The position numbers were made by a program, and so were the translations under genes. From Octopus vulgaris (taxonomy: Eukaryota): a stretch of DNA of 64,000 nt. Positions 40,155 through 53,337 of this stretch are shown here, piece by piece; position 1 is the stretch's first letter, and the number at the start of each line of letters is the position of its first letter. The notes under the pieces are model-generated. The model worked only from the letters and a program-made list of their open reading frames with translations, did not search any database and was not told where the DNA came from. The stretch is taken from contig OX597823.1 of assembly GCA_951406725.2 (NCBI GenBank), positions 33,294,001-33,358,000 of the forward strand, given 5' to 3'.

Positions 40155-40205
40155 GGGAGGGCGGGGGCGGGGGAAACTGCCGGATGTAGGTCATCACTGA
40201 CGTCA
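40155..40205. promoter_or_regulatory. Candidate cis-regulatory motif cluster (G4/GC boxes, ETS-like, NR half-site, CRE)
   Basis: GGGAGGGCGGGGGCGGGGG at 40155-40173, CCGGATGT at 40180, AGGTCA at 40188, TGACGTCA at 40198-40205. Function unproven. Confidence 0.35.
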
Positions 40206-40500
40206 AACCATGCCGCTGCTCCTGCTGCTGCTGCTGCTACTGCTATCGCTGCTGCCCCAATCCCTCTCTCCCCCTTATCCCCTCTCCCACTCGCCCTCCC
40301 TCTAATTTGTTAGACTGGCACCTCACTCTTAACTATTGCAGCAGTTCTATACACAGTACACACACACGCGTACATATACGCATATATACATACATACATA
40401 CATACATACATACATACATACATACATACATACATACATACACACATACATACATACACACATACATACACTCTCACACACACTCGTATGTACATCATCC

Positions 40501-40549
<49 letters not shown>

Positions 40550-40691
40550 AACACACACATATTTTGAGTTAAGGGAAGAAAGTGTGTGAAGAGAATGTAA
40601 CTCCTTAAGTGAACATCAGATCTAACATTGGTATGAGAAGAGAGAGGCAGAGAAGGAGAGAGAGAGAGGGAGAGAGAGAGAGAGAAAGAAA

Positions 40692-40749
<58 letters not shown>

Positions 40750-40827
40750 AGCTTATTTACCATAGTGATGTCAGGACGATCGAGAATGAAAGGGTGATAC
40801 ATAAAGAACAACAACAGCAGCAGCAGC

Positions 40828-40869
<42 letters not shown>

Positions 40870-40914
40870 AACAATAACAATAACAACAACAACAACGACG
40901 ACGACGACGATTGT

Positions 40915-42435
40915 TTCTGGTTCGGCCACGTGGCCTGAAATCTTTTGCGGGTTGGTCAATTATATCAAGTTCAGTACTTGACTGTTACATTGTTTTATCG
41001 ACCCCGAAAGGATGAAAGTTGAAGTTTACGTTGGCGTAATTTGAACTCAGAACGTAAAGAGCCGCGAGAAATACTGCCAAGTCCGACGTGGTAACGATTC
41101 TAATTAATAATTCTTTCTAATTTTTGGCACAGAACCAACAACTTTGAAGGGCGAAGGAAGTCGATAAGATCAATCGCTAGCACTTTGACTGGTATTCTGT
41201 TTTATCGATCCCGAAAGAAGAGAAATCACAAGTTGACCTAGGTGGGAGTTGAACTCAATATGTGAAGTGCCGGAAGAAATGCTACAAAGCATTTTGTGCG
41301 ACGCGCTACCAATTCTGCCAGCTGGCTACATTGAGCAGCGATAGCATTGGTTTCTGATTTAGTTCCAAGTTCATTAATTTCGAAGGGAGCGTAATTAGCA
41401 CTGATTTCAGTACTTGACTCATGCTTTATTTTTATCGACTTCGGAGGAATGAACGACTAAGTTGATCTCGGCAGGATTTGAAATCAGAACGTAAGGAACC
41501 AGAACAAATATTCTTTTCTACGCTAGGCACAAGGCCCGAAATTTGGGGTGGAGAGAATGGGTGCCAGTCGATTAGATCGACCACAGTACGCAGCTGGTGC
41601 TTAATTTATCGACCCCGAAAGGATGAAAGGCAAAGTCGACCTCGGCGGAATTTGAACTCAGAACGTAAAGACAGACGAAATACCTCTAAGCATTTCACTC
41701 AGCGTATTAACGATTCTGTCAGCCCCCCCCCCGCCTTAGGATTCACAACAAATATTGCAAGGCATTTACTTCCAACACCCTAACGACTTTCTTTTTTTTT
41801 GGCACAAGACCACTAATTGTAAGGGTGGGGCCCTTAGGCAATTGCATCAGCCTCAATATTTCACTGGCTCTTTATTTTATCGATTACTAAAGCAGGAAAG
41901 CCAGAGCTGACTTCGATATGATTCGAACTCAGAAACGAAAGAACTAGGAATATATACGGAAGAAAAAAAAGCATTGTTGCATCTGATGCCGTAACTATTC
42001 TTCCATCTCAGTAGCTTTCGAATAATTGTTTCTAATTAGGTTGAAAGCCAGTAATTTTGAGGGGAGGGATTAGTCAATTACATCGCACCCAGTGTTGGAA
42101 TGGTACTTTATTTTATCGACACATGAGGGATGAAAAATAAAGTTGATCTCGGCGGGATTTGAACTCATAACTTAAAGAGCTGGAACAAATACTGCTAAGA
42201 ATTATGTCTGAACCCTTACGATTCTCCCAAAATATTAATTCTTTCTACGATAGGCGCAAGGTCTGAAATTTTGTGGGAGAGGGGCTTAGTCGACCACATC
42301 GACCCCAGTAGTTGACTGGTATTCATTTCATCAACCCCAGAAGGATGAGAAGTAAAGTCGACGGATGGAGAATTTGAAAGAAATATCGCTAAGCGTTATA
42401 GCGTTTGTGCTAACGATTCTGACATCTCGAAACCT
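40915..42435 (-). mobile_element. Head-to-tail array of about seven SINE family A copies
   Basis: The tttatcgac..gaaagg..aaagtcgacctcggcggaatttgaactcagaac core recurs about every 200-230 bp with varying divergence. Confidence 0.85.
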
Positions 42436-42699
42436 TCACATTCACCATAATAGTAGAATCTCAAACTGATTTCAAAGATGCAAGATGCCGGTGACAGGAC
42501 AGCAATGAAAGCCAAAGCAGCTGGAGGCTTACACTAAATAAAAAGATGCCGAAATCAACGGGAACAAGAGATATAGCAACAAAATATGAACAAAAATGAC
42601 CCCCAATATAGGGAAAACTACCTTGAGTTATTCAAATTAACCCCCATACACACACAGACACACGCTGTGAGGTACGTGGGCAAGGTCACAAGGAAAAAT

Positions 42700-44300
42700 T
42701 CTTAGGGACGCAAAATTTCAAAAGAAAGGGAAATGAAATATTAATAATAAATAAGTAAAAATCCCTACAGTGTACCTGAAGTACTCCGGGAGTTATCAAC
42801 CCACCCCACACCATTGTCCACACAAGCTCCCGAATTATTCTGCTTCAACCAAAGCATCTAAAGTGCCCTGTCTCAGTTTCTTTCTTCCTGTATAGAAAAG
42901 TACAGAGTAGGACCATGTAGCCTCGTCATTCTTGCCGCTCTTATCTACCATTCGCTAAACACCCTAAAAGCCAATACGACCCTCTCTACTCTCATCTTCC
43001 TCTTCAACTACTGTTTGATGAAGGTGATGAGTGTTTGGTCAGAGAGGAAAATGCCTGCCCTCATACACGTCCACCACACAACTTCTTTTATTACAACCAC
43101 CACAAACAGTAAAATTTTCTTTGTTAAAATGAAGGGGGCATGTCGATTTTCAGTGTAGACTCAGTTGACACCCGGATCTGACTTGTCTCAGCAGTTGCTC
43201 AACACAAGATCACAAATCGCTAATGGACTGACACTGAGCGATAGATTAAAAGACGGTTTCCTTGTCATGCGTGCATCTCGCACATGTTTAACTGTTTGGC
43301 ACTTCCTTGTCTAAAGAACTTATTTTGATAAGATAATGTTACCCTGTAGTACTGCTATGTCAAAAACTTTTGCAAATTGTTCCATAATCCCCGACCCGAG
43401 TGTCTTCAAGAAGGCGCCTATAAATTAATTCGCCTTTGCTTTTGTCATCAACTAGTTGCTCTCCTCTCCTTCTATTCTACATTTATTTGCTAAAGCTAAT
43501 GGATGATGTTCCTGGAAATCTTTCGTTGCCAAGGACGCGTTCATCTTCCTCTAGTTGGATCCTTGCCTTTTCGTCTTTCTCAAGTCGATTTCAAATGTCA
43601 TGAACGTGTTGTTCTTGAGGTCGCCTACACAAACAATGGACGGTTTACACCAAGCTTATCTGCTAACCTGAAGAGAATTTCCTGACCTTGATGACTTGCA
43701 CGAATTCGATCAAGTCTGTATTGGCGCATTAAGGTAATCAAAGTGAAAGTTGTTACCCCATAGGAAGTTCCTAAAGAGGTTTGCAATGAATTTATACTGT
43801 CTCTTCTGTTGATTCCACATAATTTACGAGTGTGTTCAAAATACAAATCCAATCGCCTATAAATATTAACGACTAAATCTTCCTGGGAATGTCTTTAGAG
43901 GGTTCAAGAAACTTGGCCGTAGAGGTCCTTCCGGAGAGGAAAAAGAACTAATTGTGTGAAGACATTACTGGAGCCGTCACTACTGCTCATATCCAAAACA
44001 ATCGACTTACCATCCAGGTCTAAGAAAATCTTTCCTGTCTTAAAGTCTGTATTGAAGAGCACCGCTACATCTCTCGAACCGACTGAAGGACTCTAAAACT
44101 TGTAGTTATCCAGAAGGAAAACAAAAGATCTGAGAAATCCCGGTTTCGTTGGTGGCAGCCTCACCTAGACGTCGTGACCTTAGATCATCAAGAGACCCTT
44201 GAAAAGGGCCCTCCTTAAAACTTCGCACATCATGTTGGAAAGCTTTCCCAGGAATCGATACACTTTTGTGGTTCTAATGAGAAACCTCTTTTGTAGATTT
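42700..44300 (-). mobile_element. L1/Tx1-like LINE remnant (APE region and C-terminus, large internal deletion)
   Basis: Minus frames: AATNETG (QET-like), EIDLRKTKRQGSN*RKMNASL (compare GPGYWKLNxSLL), KEVVWWT near the 3' end. 44800-45500 may be ORF1 debris. Confidence 0.55.
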
Positions 44301-45849
44301 GGAAAGAGTGAATGTTTCAAGGCCACCACTCTTTGTCAACATTTTGTCTTTGAGTGTACTGACTCTATTGACTCGTTGCTTTCTCCCTCGGAGAATTCTG
44401 TCGTTGTAGAGTTGCTCTTTGAACGGTTATTGCAGTTTTAGTTGTCCAAATTTTTGCTTTTGCTGTCATTGTGATTATTTGTTTTCATTCTGCTCTTCTT
44501 ATTGCTGATATCGATGTGTCTCTTGCAGTTGATGTGGCTGTTGTTTCTGTTTCTTGTTCTCATTGTTGTTTCCTGTTCCCATTGTTGCTATAGCTGTAAG
44601 GGTTGTAATGGCTCTTACTATTGTGGCTGCTGTTATGGTCGTCGCCATAATCATTGTTTCTGCCGCTGCCGCTGCTTCTATTGTGGTTGTAGCGATCAAC
44701 AAAACCACCTCACTTTTGCTTTCATTCCCATGGAACAAAAAAGTTTTAGGATAATTTCGTTTTCCATATATGTAAAAGTTTAGCTTCCATTATAAATTAA
44801 ATTTGTTCGCACTCTTCGGACTGGAAATGTCCCGTGATGCCTGTTAACTCCTCAGGTGCCACCAGCACATCGAAATCCAATGACGTTACCATTCTGTTCT
44901 TGTGGGGAGTGGATCTGAGTCCTATCACCTCTGCATGACCCTCCATCGTTGCCATCACTACGGCCTTGTCCCTGTGCAGTGTTATGTTGGCGGCTCAGAT
45001 TTTGGGTATCTTTCTTTCCAAGTATAGTTCAGATCAAGTTAAATTCTTGGTACGTGCAAGTAGTATTCCTCACCCTATTGGCCTTCACCTCGTTCTTTCA
45101 AAAGACAGCATAAGTTCTTTGTCGCTGTCGTCTTGTAATATCATTGATTGTGCATCACACTTCCTGCAGCCATTTTTCTATTTGTGCTGCTCTTGAATAC
45201 ATCAGCTTTTGCTCTTTTCAATTTATGCACTTGTAAAATAATAGTAATATTTTGAAGGCTGTTTACTTCTTCGGCTGAAAGTTTCATGACCTCAGGGTTA
45301 GTTATGTTGCCTTTGTATTACTCTATTGATTCTTCTTCGCCGTCAAGTGACGATGCTTTCTATTAAGTATGGTCTTGTTGATATTGTTGTGGTCGTCGTT
45401 GTTGTTTTAGTTCTCGTGGTTGTTGTTACAAAGTGAATTATAGGTCTTTCCATTAGTATGTGGAAATATTATCGCAGCAGATATCGTATTCTCAGAACGC
45501 TGATTCTAGTTGCCATGGCTGCAACATTGTCGTATATATCAAAAGAAACCCACAGTTTTAGTTCCGTTTCTCTTTCTTTTTGCATCCGATATCCTCTTCT
45601 TTTACTCTCTCTATCTCACAACCAGTGATCATACTTACTTTTTAAGCTTAATCTTTCTCCTAATAGTGAGTTTTGTAGATACAAAACTGAAAACAAGTGA
45701 ATCCCTCTCGGGTGAGAGAATGTACTAAAAGAAGAAGAAAAAAAAAACGAAAAAAAACTCGCACAAAATAGCGGGCCTCTTCCTGTAAAGGAACATTGGA
45801 ATAAAAACAATAATTTCTGAAAGTTCACAACACCTATACGAACCGTGAA

Positions 45850-45920
45850 TGTACAACAACAATAACAACAGCAGCAGCAGCAGCAGCAGAAGTAACAACA
45901 ACAACATCAACAGCAACAGC

Positions 45921-45957
<37 letters not shown>

Positions 45958-45995
45958 GCAACAGCAACAACTACAGCAGCAACAACAACAGTAGC

Positions 45996-46035
<40 letters not shown>

Positions 46036-46490
46036 GCAGCAGAAGCAACAACAACAACAACAGCAGCAGCAGCAGCAGCAGCAACAACACGGACTCGCGG
46101 TCGGAGGATCGCAGTTTCGATTCCCAGACCGGGCGTTGTGTGTGTTTATTGAGCGAAAACACCTAAAGCTCCACGAGGCTCTGGCAGGGGATGGTGGCGA
46201 CCCCTGTTGTACTCTTTCGCTCCAACTTACTCTCATTCTTTCTTCCTGTTTCTTGTCCCCGACTTCCTACGCAACCGCTGAGCCTGGATGCGCATTCATC
46301 CATCCGTCGATGCTCTCGGTGTCGGGGGTTGACCTGCTTTCTCTTCTGCGGGTCTTAGGACTTCTCCCATCTTGCGAGCTCTGGGACGAAGACCGTTCGC
46401 TCAACAGCAACAGCAACAGCAGCAACAACAACAACAGCAGCAGCAGCAAGTATAACTGCAGCAGCAGCAACAACAACAACAACAACATGA
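45850..46490. repeat. (CAA/CAG)n array hosting a SINE
   Basis: Directly visible at 45850-46090 and 46405-46490. Confidence 0.95.
46091..46405 (+). mobile_element. tRNA-derived SINE family C (5' clipped), (CAA)-type tail
   Basis: B box gtttcgattccc; body shared with 63230-63510 up to tcttcctgtttcttg. Confidence 0.8.
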
Positions 46491-46689
46491 CTGGTACCTA
46501 TTCTATTGACCCCGTAGGCGAGGGTCCATGTCTCTTCAATCCACTCATTTGTACCCTGCGCCTTGCAAAAGAAAGGCCAGAACAATCTCCACGATGGACA
46601 CTGGTGATGGCAGGATCTTACACATAACAACAATGCTCGAGCAAAAAACCTCCAAAAAAGACCTTTAAAAAAATCAAAAACAAAGTAAA

Positions 46690-47040
46690 AACCGCCAGCA
46701 AAAAGCAGAACGTTGACAGTGTATGATGATAGATTTTGCAATGCTATATGATAGTAGAGTGGATATCAAAGAAATTGAGAAAAGTGCGAAATATCAGGAT
46801 CTAACCACCAGAGACATGAAGACATTGTGGAAGACAAAGGTGACAAGTGTTCCTGTGATAATTGATGCATCCGGCACAACATCCAAACTCTGTTACTTGA
46901 GAGGTTGAAGGATACTGGAGTTGAGACACGCCTTGACAATCGACAAGAGTCCTAAGAAAATTCTTGTAATTTGAGGAGGCTTATTGTCACCAAACCTCAG
47001 GATAACGTTCCTGTTAATTAAATTAGCACGTGATAACTTT
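46690..47040 (+). mobile_element. R4/Dong-type LINE 3' end, decayed
   Basis: ORF 46723-46908: IDFAMLYDSRVDIKEIEKSAKYQDL..LWKTKVTSVPVIIDASGT. Confidence 0.82.
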
Positions 47041-47738
47041 TGAATAAAGAATGTATCTCAACCTTTAATGAATAGAAATAGAAAGGAAAAAGAAACCGAA
47101 TGCTATTGAAGTACGACAAGGTAAAGAAGAAACGAAGCACTCGGAATCAAAGAACGCCTGAAACAAAATGTCTACTTCAAATAGCGAAGAATTCAGCGTA
47201 AGTGAGTGCACAAAATTCAACTCCAGCCCCAAATTAATTCTATGAAGAATTAAATTAAGACAAACTCGAAATCAATGTAGTACTATCAACCAAAAACAAA
47301 AAAAAAAAGAGGTTTTTGGAAATAAACAAACAAACAAACGATAAAGAGCTGCAAAAGAATCACCGCGGGCAAGATAGTTCAAACTGGCAAACACTGCACC
47401 TGAACGCACAAACACTTGAAGATACCACGAAACAAGATCTGAAACTTCCGGTCAAAGTATTTAATAAAGAATAAGGGTCCAGAAAGTGCTAATAGAGTTG
47501 TTTGATAAGATACTTAAGGAGCTGGAGACAGTATCTGGTTAAATCCTAAACACAACAGTTCAATAGAAAAAATTGTAAATTGAAGCAAAATCATTAAAAA
47601 AAAAGTGTGATAACAGTTCAAATGGTTTTTTTAAAATTGTTTATTGGTTGTTTATCAGTTATAAGCAATATGGCAGATATTCAAAAGGAATGAATTCCAC
47701 ACATTCAGAAACACAACATTTTGGTAGCCTGTCTGTGA

Positions 47739-47813
<75 letters not shown>

Positions 47814-47832
47814 ATGTCTGTCTGTCTGTCTA

Positions 47833-48390
47833 CAGGGGTTGGACAAAATAAAGGAAACATCTTAAAATTTCCTACAAATTAATTTTAATATAGGGTAGGA
47901 CTGACTTTGGCAGTAATTACAACTTGAATTCTACGAGGTATGGACTCGTATAAAATTTGAATTGTTTCCAAACGAATTTTTGTCCATTCTTCGGCTAAAA
48001 CCGTCTCCAGTTCTTATAGTGATGATGGTGGAGGATATCGACTCCTTATTTGTTTTTCTAAAATGAACCATAAATGTTCAATAATATTGAGATCTGGGGA
48101 CTGTGGTGGCCACATAAGATGTTCAATTTCACTAGAATATTCCTCGTGCCATTCAGCAACAACTTTAGCTGTGAGAATTGGTGCATTGTCATCCTGAAAG
48201 ACTGCGTTTCTCTCCAGAAACAGTTCCGCGACCATAGCATGAATTTGAGCAGATAAAATGCTTAAATAGTCTTGACTATTAATTCTGTCATGAAAGGAAA
48301 CCATTGAGCGGCGCGGGGGGGGGGGGATTTCCAAGATATCCCCGCCGCCCGCCGATCAACACAGATCCTCCTCCATGTTAGAAGAAGGCA
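47833..48390 (-). mobile_element. Tc1-like transposon 3' half
   Basis: ORF 48014-48334: FQDDNAPI..WPPQSPDLNIIEHLW (DD34E type); terminus TA|caggggttggacaaaata. Confidence 0.9.
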
Positions 48391-48399
48391 GAAATACAC

Positions 48400-49130
48400 C
48401 AAAGAAATACACCAAAGTAATCTAGATAATTTGAAACAAAATTAAGAGAATTGGATCAAGCATAGACTTATGAATACTTAGGAATTAATGAGCTGGACAG
48501 TATAGAAAACACACAAACGAAAGAAAGAAGTTAGGAAGAAGGAATATTCTAAATGCATCAGATTAATACTTGAAACGGAGCTAAGCGTAAAAAGTAAGGG
48601 AATAGACTTCAATGTTCTAATTATTGTAGTAATAAGTTATAGTCTCATTAATCTCAAAAGAATTAGGAACATACAATAGGAAACGAACGGAGAATAATGA
48701 ATATATTTATAATGCACTTCTTAAAAAGCTGACAAAAAGATTATAACGATCTACAGTAACTAAGAAACTAATAAGGTATCTAGTGATGAATTATAAAAAA
48801 ATATTTGGTAAAGAATAAAAGGGAACTAATAGCTTCAAGGTATGAAAATGAATAAATTAACAGTTGTCAGTTGTTTAAGAAACAACCAACAAATATGAAA
48901 CAGAAGTTGAGAGAGGGAACAGCTGTGAGAAGGGTGAAGAAAGAACGATAGAAACTAATAAAAAAAAACTTAAAAACTAAACTGAAAATATAATTACAAA
49001 ATATCTTTGTATGATCTGGATTGTCGACCAGAAAATATCCCACGTGGCCAATACATGAAAATAGATTAGGAAAAACACGTAAAGCTGGCTGAGAAACGCA
49101 GGGTTCAAAGATGAAATCGAGTTTTCTTTT
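48400..49130 (+). mobile_element. R4/Dong-type LINE fragment, heavily decayed
   Basis: RELDQA*TYEYLGINELDSIENTQTKE..IRLILETELS, compared with KELDQSQTYKYLGIHELDKTQHTQMKE..ILNTELN. Confidence 0.8.
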
Positions 49131-49765
49131 ATTGATTTCAATAGTTGTATAGATCACGGAGTACAGAAAAACAAAGCAAGGAATTTACTCATAAATTATT
49201 TTGTTGCGTCATCTTACGCGCATTTCATTAGCATTGAAAATACCAATTATATAAAGAAAAACGAAACAGATTCCTTTGTCAAATCTTCAGAGATTGCATA
49301 ACTCTCATCAGTAACTTTTTGGATTCATACTGAACTGCTGACAATATTTCGGTAACAACTAACACATCATCGTTATTATACCTTCACCCAACCTTGTCGC
49401 TCAATTCAAATATGCTGAGGCTTCTTTCTCGTTTGATTATCAAGAATTTTGTTGTTATCTCTCGCACTTAGATTTTAAAAGCATAAACTCTTGTTCCCTC
49501 GATAAACGTCTTCACAACACATTTGATAAATAGATTTTTATCAAAACCAATATCAAGTTTTGTCTGCTCTTCTGGAGTCGAGTTCCAACCAAGAAACAAG
49601 GGCCCTTCTAGCGAAATTTAGACATCATGTAGGTTGTCACATGTATATGCTGCAGTTATAAATGTATATATGTAAGTATATGTATATTTATGTCTGTATG
49701 TATATTTGTATGCATGTTTGTACGTGTGAGCTTATTTATGCATGTTTTTAGTTATTATGTATACT

Positions 49766-49817
<52 letters not shown>

Positions 49818-50459
49818 TGCATGTTTCTATGTATGTATGAATGTATGTCTATCTGTATGTTTGTACGTACGTTTTCTTTTTTGAATATTTGAATTCTTTC
49901 TTATAACAAGTTTCTAACAAATAAAAAACTTCAGACCCATCGTTGAAATTTGATAGTTGAATTTGATGACTAAGCTTCAGACAGGGCAATCAGTTCTCAG
50001 GATCGACACTCATTCTTCAACTGTGTCTGATGCCGTCCCTATTCCTTTCATCTGTTTAATGTTGGGAACATTGTGATCATGCAGTTAGGTTGCAGGGTAT
50101 AACCAGACGCCCTGAACTTGTACTATTATTGAATTACACAGAGGGACGCTTCAGAATTGAACATCACACTTAGAAACGAACATATTCTTCTAGTCCGCGC
50201 AACATTCAAACTGAATATGTGACTAGATATATGGGAACTCCAGGTGAGTCCAGTGATAATCTGTAACCAGCAGAAATGGCATAGATTATTCAGCTTAAGG
50301 TAGTTTACCACAATAATTCTACATAAAGGATGGTCTCTGAAAAAAGTCTAGAACTAAATAACTGCTCTAAAGTATCCACGAAATATAAAACTTTATATCC
50401 ATTTAAATAAATCAACGGTTAACAATGACAACAACACTGGTGTAATATATTTTAGTGAC

Positions 50460-50680
50460 AAGGCAGCGAGCTAGCAGAAACGTTAGCACGCCGGACGAAA
50501 TGCTTAGAGATATTTCGTCTGTCTTTACGTTCTGAGTTCAAATTCCGCCGAGGCCGACTTTGCCCATTATCCTTTCGGGGTCGATAAATTAAGTACCAGT
50601 TGCTTACTGAGGTCGATCTAATCAACTGGCCTCCTCCCCTCAAACTTCAGGCCTTGTGCCTAGAGTAGAAAAGAATATAT
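50460..50680 (+). mobile_element. SINE family A, complete
   Basis: aggcagcgagctagcagaaacgttagc..gagttcaaattccgccgagg..ggccttgtgcctagagtagaaaag; flanked by aatatatattta/aatatattttagtgac repeats resembling a TSD. Confidence 0.92.
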
Positions 50681-52289
50681 TTTAGTGACGCTATGACATC
50701 ATGGGCAATTTCCGCATAGCCATTCTAATGTTTATTGAGGTACAGTGAGATAATAGTTTGTGTTCTGAGCAGAGCAAATTTAACCAACAAATTTGAGGGA
50801 AGAGGGATTACTGGATACCATCCAGTGGTGTAGCCAGAGTGTGACAGCCGAGACGGCCCTTGAGTTTTCCACTCCCACCGGACCTCCAAACCTTAACAGA
50901 TTTATACAGCAAACCCAAAAGATCCGCCCAATAAAAGAAAGAAACGAACCACCTCTCGATTCCCACTACCTTTTTACATAGATACTATCAACCCTAGTAC
51001 TTGACTGGTACTTTATTTTATCGACCTCAAAAGGACGAAACTAGTTTAAATACTTGCTGATTCTTTGATTCAAGCGAGGTTTGATATGAAAATGTTAAGC
51101 GGATGAAACTAAACACAACAATGTGTTTTTCTTTCTGTCAGGAACCTTGCTGGTTGAGAAAATTGTATGTTTTTCTGTTGATATTATCATAAGTTTTTCT
51201 AACAGAGGAAAAAACATCTAGATTTACAGTGTTAAATATCGGTGTAAGGGTACAGTTTCATGATGTTGTTACGTCAGTAATGTTTAGAGCTGATTTGGGC
51301 GGAGAAGTGGTCACGAAACGGTGGAAAATAGCGACACTGACACAAAGCTGTGTGTGTGTGTGGCAAAGAGAGAAAGAGAGAGATAGAAAGAGAGAGAGAG
51401 AGGGAGAGAGAAGACAGAGAATAGGTATGTAAGAGAATCCGTGTTGAGTGGCCATGTCAAAAACAATGACGTGACTTCACGTGATCTCACTGCGAATTAG
51501 TGAAATGTGAGAAAATACCCGTAAAATAGTGAATTTTTACAGTAACTTGAACAACAACAGCAGCAACAACAACAACAACTACGACGACGACGACGACGAC
51601 AACAACAACAACAACAACAACAATAAAAGAAAAAAGTCGTGTCTAAAGATTTCCTGTTTGAAATACTAATCCTGGAAGATAATGGATTATGGTTGTCTAG
51701 TTTGGATATAAATTTATCTTCGTTTATCTTCGTTTATTACGGTTGACAAACATTTTTGTAAATGCGATGTTTAGTGATTTATGAAAAAAGGTGTGATGAA
51801 GCCGAGTGGCATTCATGCCTTGCAAAAGGATAAAAGCAACATAGGAGAAGTAAATTTGTTCCCTGACCTGAACCAGTAACGTGAGCTGAATGTCCGGGAG
51901 TTTTACCTCTGGATTCACTGAAGAACTGATTACACTGGTTACCTTAGCAACATCATTATTTCCAGAAAGATCTGAGGAAATTTAATTGGTATGAACGGTT
52001 TGATGGACACCCCGAGGTCAAATAGATGAGGTTTCCATAAGGTTCCTGAAAGATTTGCTGTTCTTTGGATGAAACTCTCTTAGTATGGTTCCCGAAAGAT
52101 CTGAAATTTAATTGGTATATAGTTTGGCGGAAACTCTTTTCGCTTGGTTCTAGAAAAGTTCACTGTAATTTACTTGGTAATGGAGTCTGATGGACACGCT
52201 CTTCCTGTGGTTTGCATCGGGGTTTGCAGGTTGTGTGATTTGGAAAGGCATCCTTTGTTCGTATTATTGCCATTTTGAAGAGATTATGT

Positions 52290-52640
52290 TGATCTTTTAC
52301 TTGTTTCTGTCATTGGACTGTGACCATGCTGGGGCATCGCATTGAAGTATTTGTACGAACAAATCGACCCTAAAACTTCCTTTTTTATCATTTTCTTCGT
52401 CGGACAGTTATGTGATGGAAACATAAACAAAGCAACATCGGTTGTTATGCGGTTTAAGGACAAAGACATATACAAGCACACACATATATGGCGTGCTTCG
52501 ACACAGTTTCACTCTGCAATTCACTAGGTATTGGCCAGTCTGGGGTTATAGAAGAAGATACTTGCCCAAGGTGACCCGCAGAAGGACTGAACCTGAAAAC
52601 AAATGGTTGCAAAATTCGCTTCTTAACCACACAGCCACGG
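52290..52640 (-). mobile_element. SINE family B, old copy
   Basis: cttttacttgtttctgtcattggactgtgaccatgctgg..gaagatacttgcccaagg..ggactgaacc..accacacagccac. Confidence 0.8.
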
Positions 52641-52679
52641 ATGGATTTATTTGAGTAAGCTACCCGAGTGTTTTTCATT

Positions 52680-53200
52680 TACAGGCTTTGTTTCTGTGAG
52701 GAATGTGAAGAGATGCAGGGATTCGGCGATCCAGTTAAGAATATCAGATGTCTCAGCGCTGAAAAGCATTCACTACTAAGGATGGTCAGCATAAAATTGA
52801 TAAGGCTTTGGCCATTTAGTTTTCTTCAAGTGACAGAGGATTCTGATTGCTTTGGGGGTAGATTGAGGGTATGTGTGGTGTATTGCGGTTATTTTGCAGT
52901 GATCAGGCGAGCCAATGGGTGCAGGGCAATGATGGCTTGCTAAAGGTCGGTTTTAGATAGCAGTAAGACGTTTACTGGCTTTTTTCTGTCTGTATGTCTA
53001 TCAGAAGCAGAGAGACAAACGGTTCGGTGTCTTTACCGAAGGCGTTCGCGTGGATGAAGTGTGAGAGTCAAGAGGTGGAGCTTATTAATATTGAAGTCGC
53101 TAAGTGTGATGATGTCAGAGAGAAGGAGAGAAGACAGAAAGAGAAAGTGAGAGAAGAGGGAGAGAGATGAAGAGAGGTATAAGAAAGATGCTTTTGACGT
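52680..53200 (-). mobile_element. LINE APE-endonuclease remnant
   Basis: Minus frames SDIITLSDFNI (GDFN-like) and APIGSPDHCKI (SDH-like). Confidence 0.5.
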
Positions 53201-53337
53201 AGGAAGTGAAAAGTTAAACAACTGCTGCTAATAGGAGTGGTTCCTTGTGGAGTGTCCCTATCGTTTTTCCAGTCCTCCTCTCTTCGCGGTTTCTCTCTTC
53301 TCTCTCTTCCTCATACTTCCTTTGTATCCTATCCCCT

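Noticed and set aside
40210-40330. MPLLLLLLLLLLSLLPQ signal-peptide-like ORF start
   Set aside because: The poly-Leu derives from (CTG)n, the frame runs into microsatellite, and no clear splice donor follows.
49280-49318. Minus-strand CUGAUGA-gag..cuc-UGAAG
   Set aside because: No GAAA, and no stem I or III pairing.
50194-50243. 50-nt candidate exon (ttcttctag..cag|gtgagt) encoding TEYVTRYMGTP, loosely like the DPP4-family YTERYMGLP
   Set aside because: The match is too short and no partner exons were found; it would need spliced RNA-seq reads.
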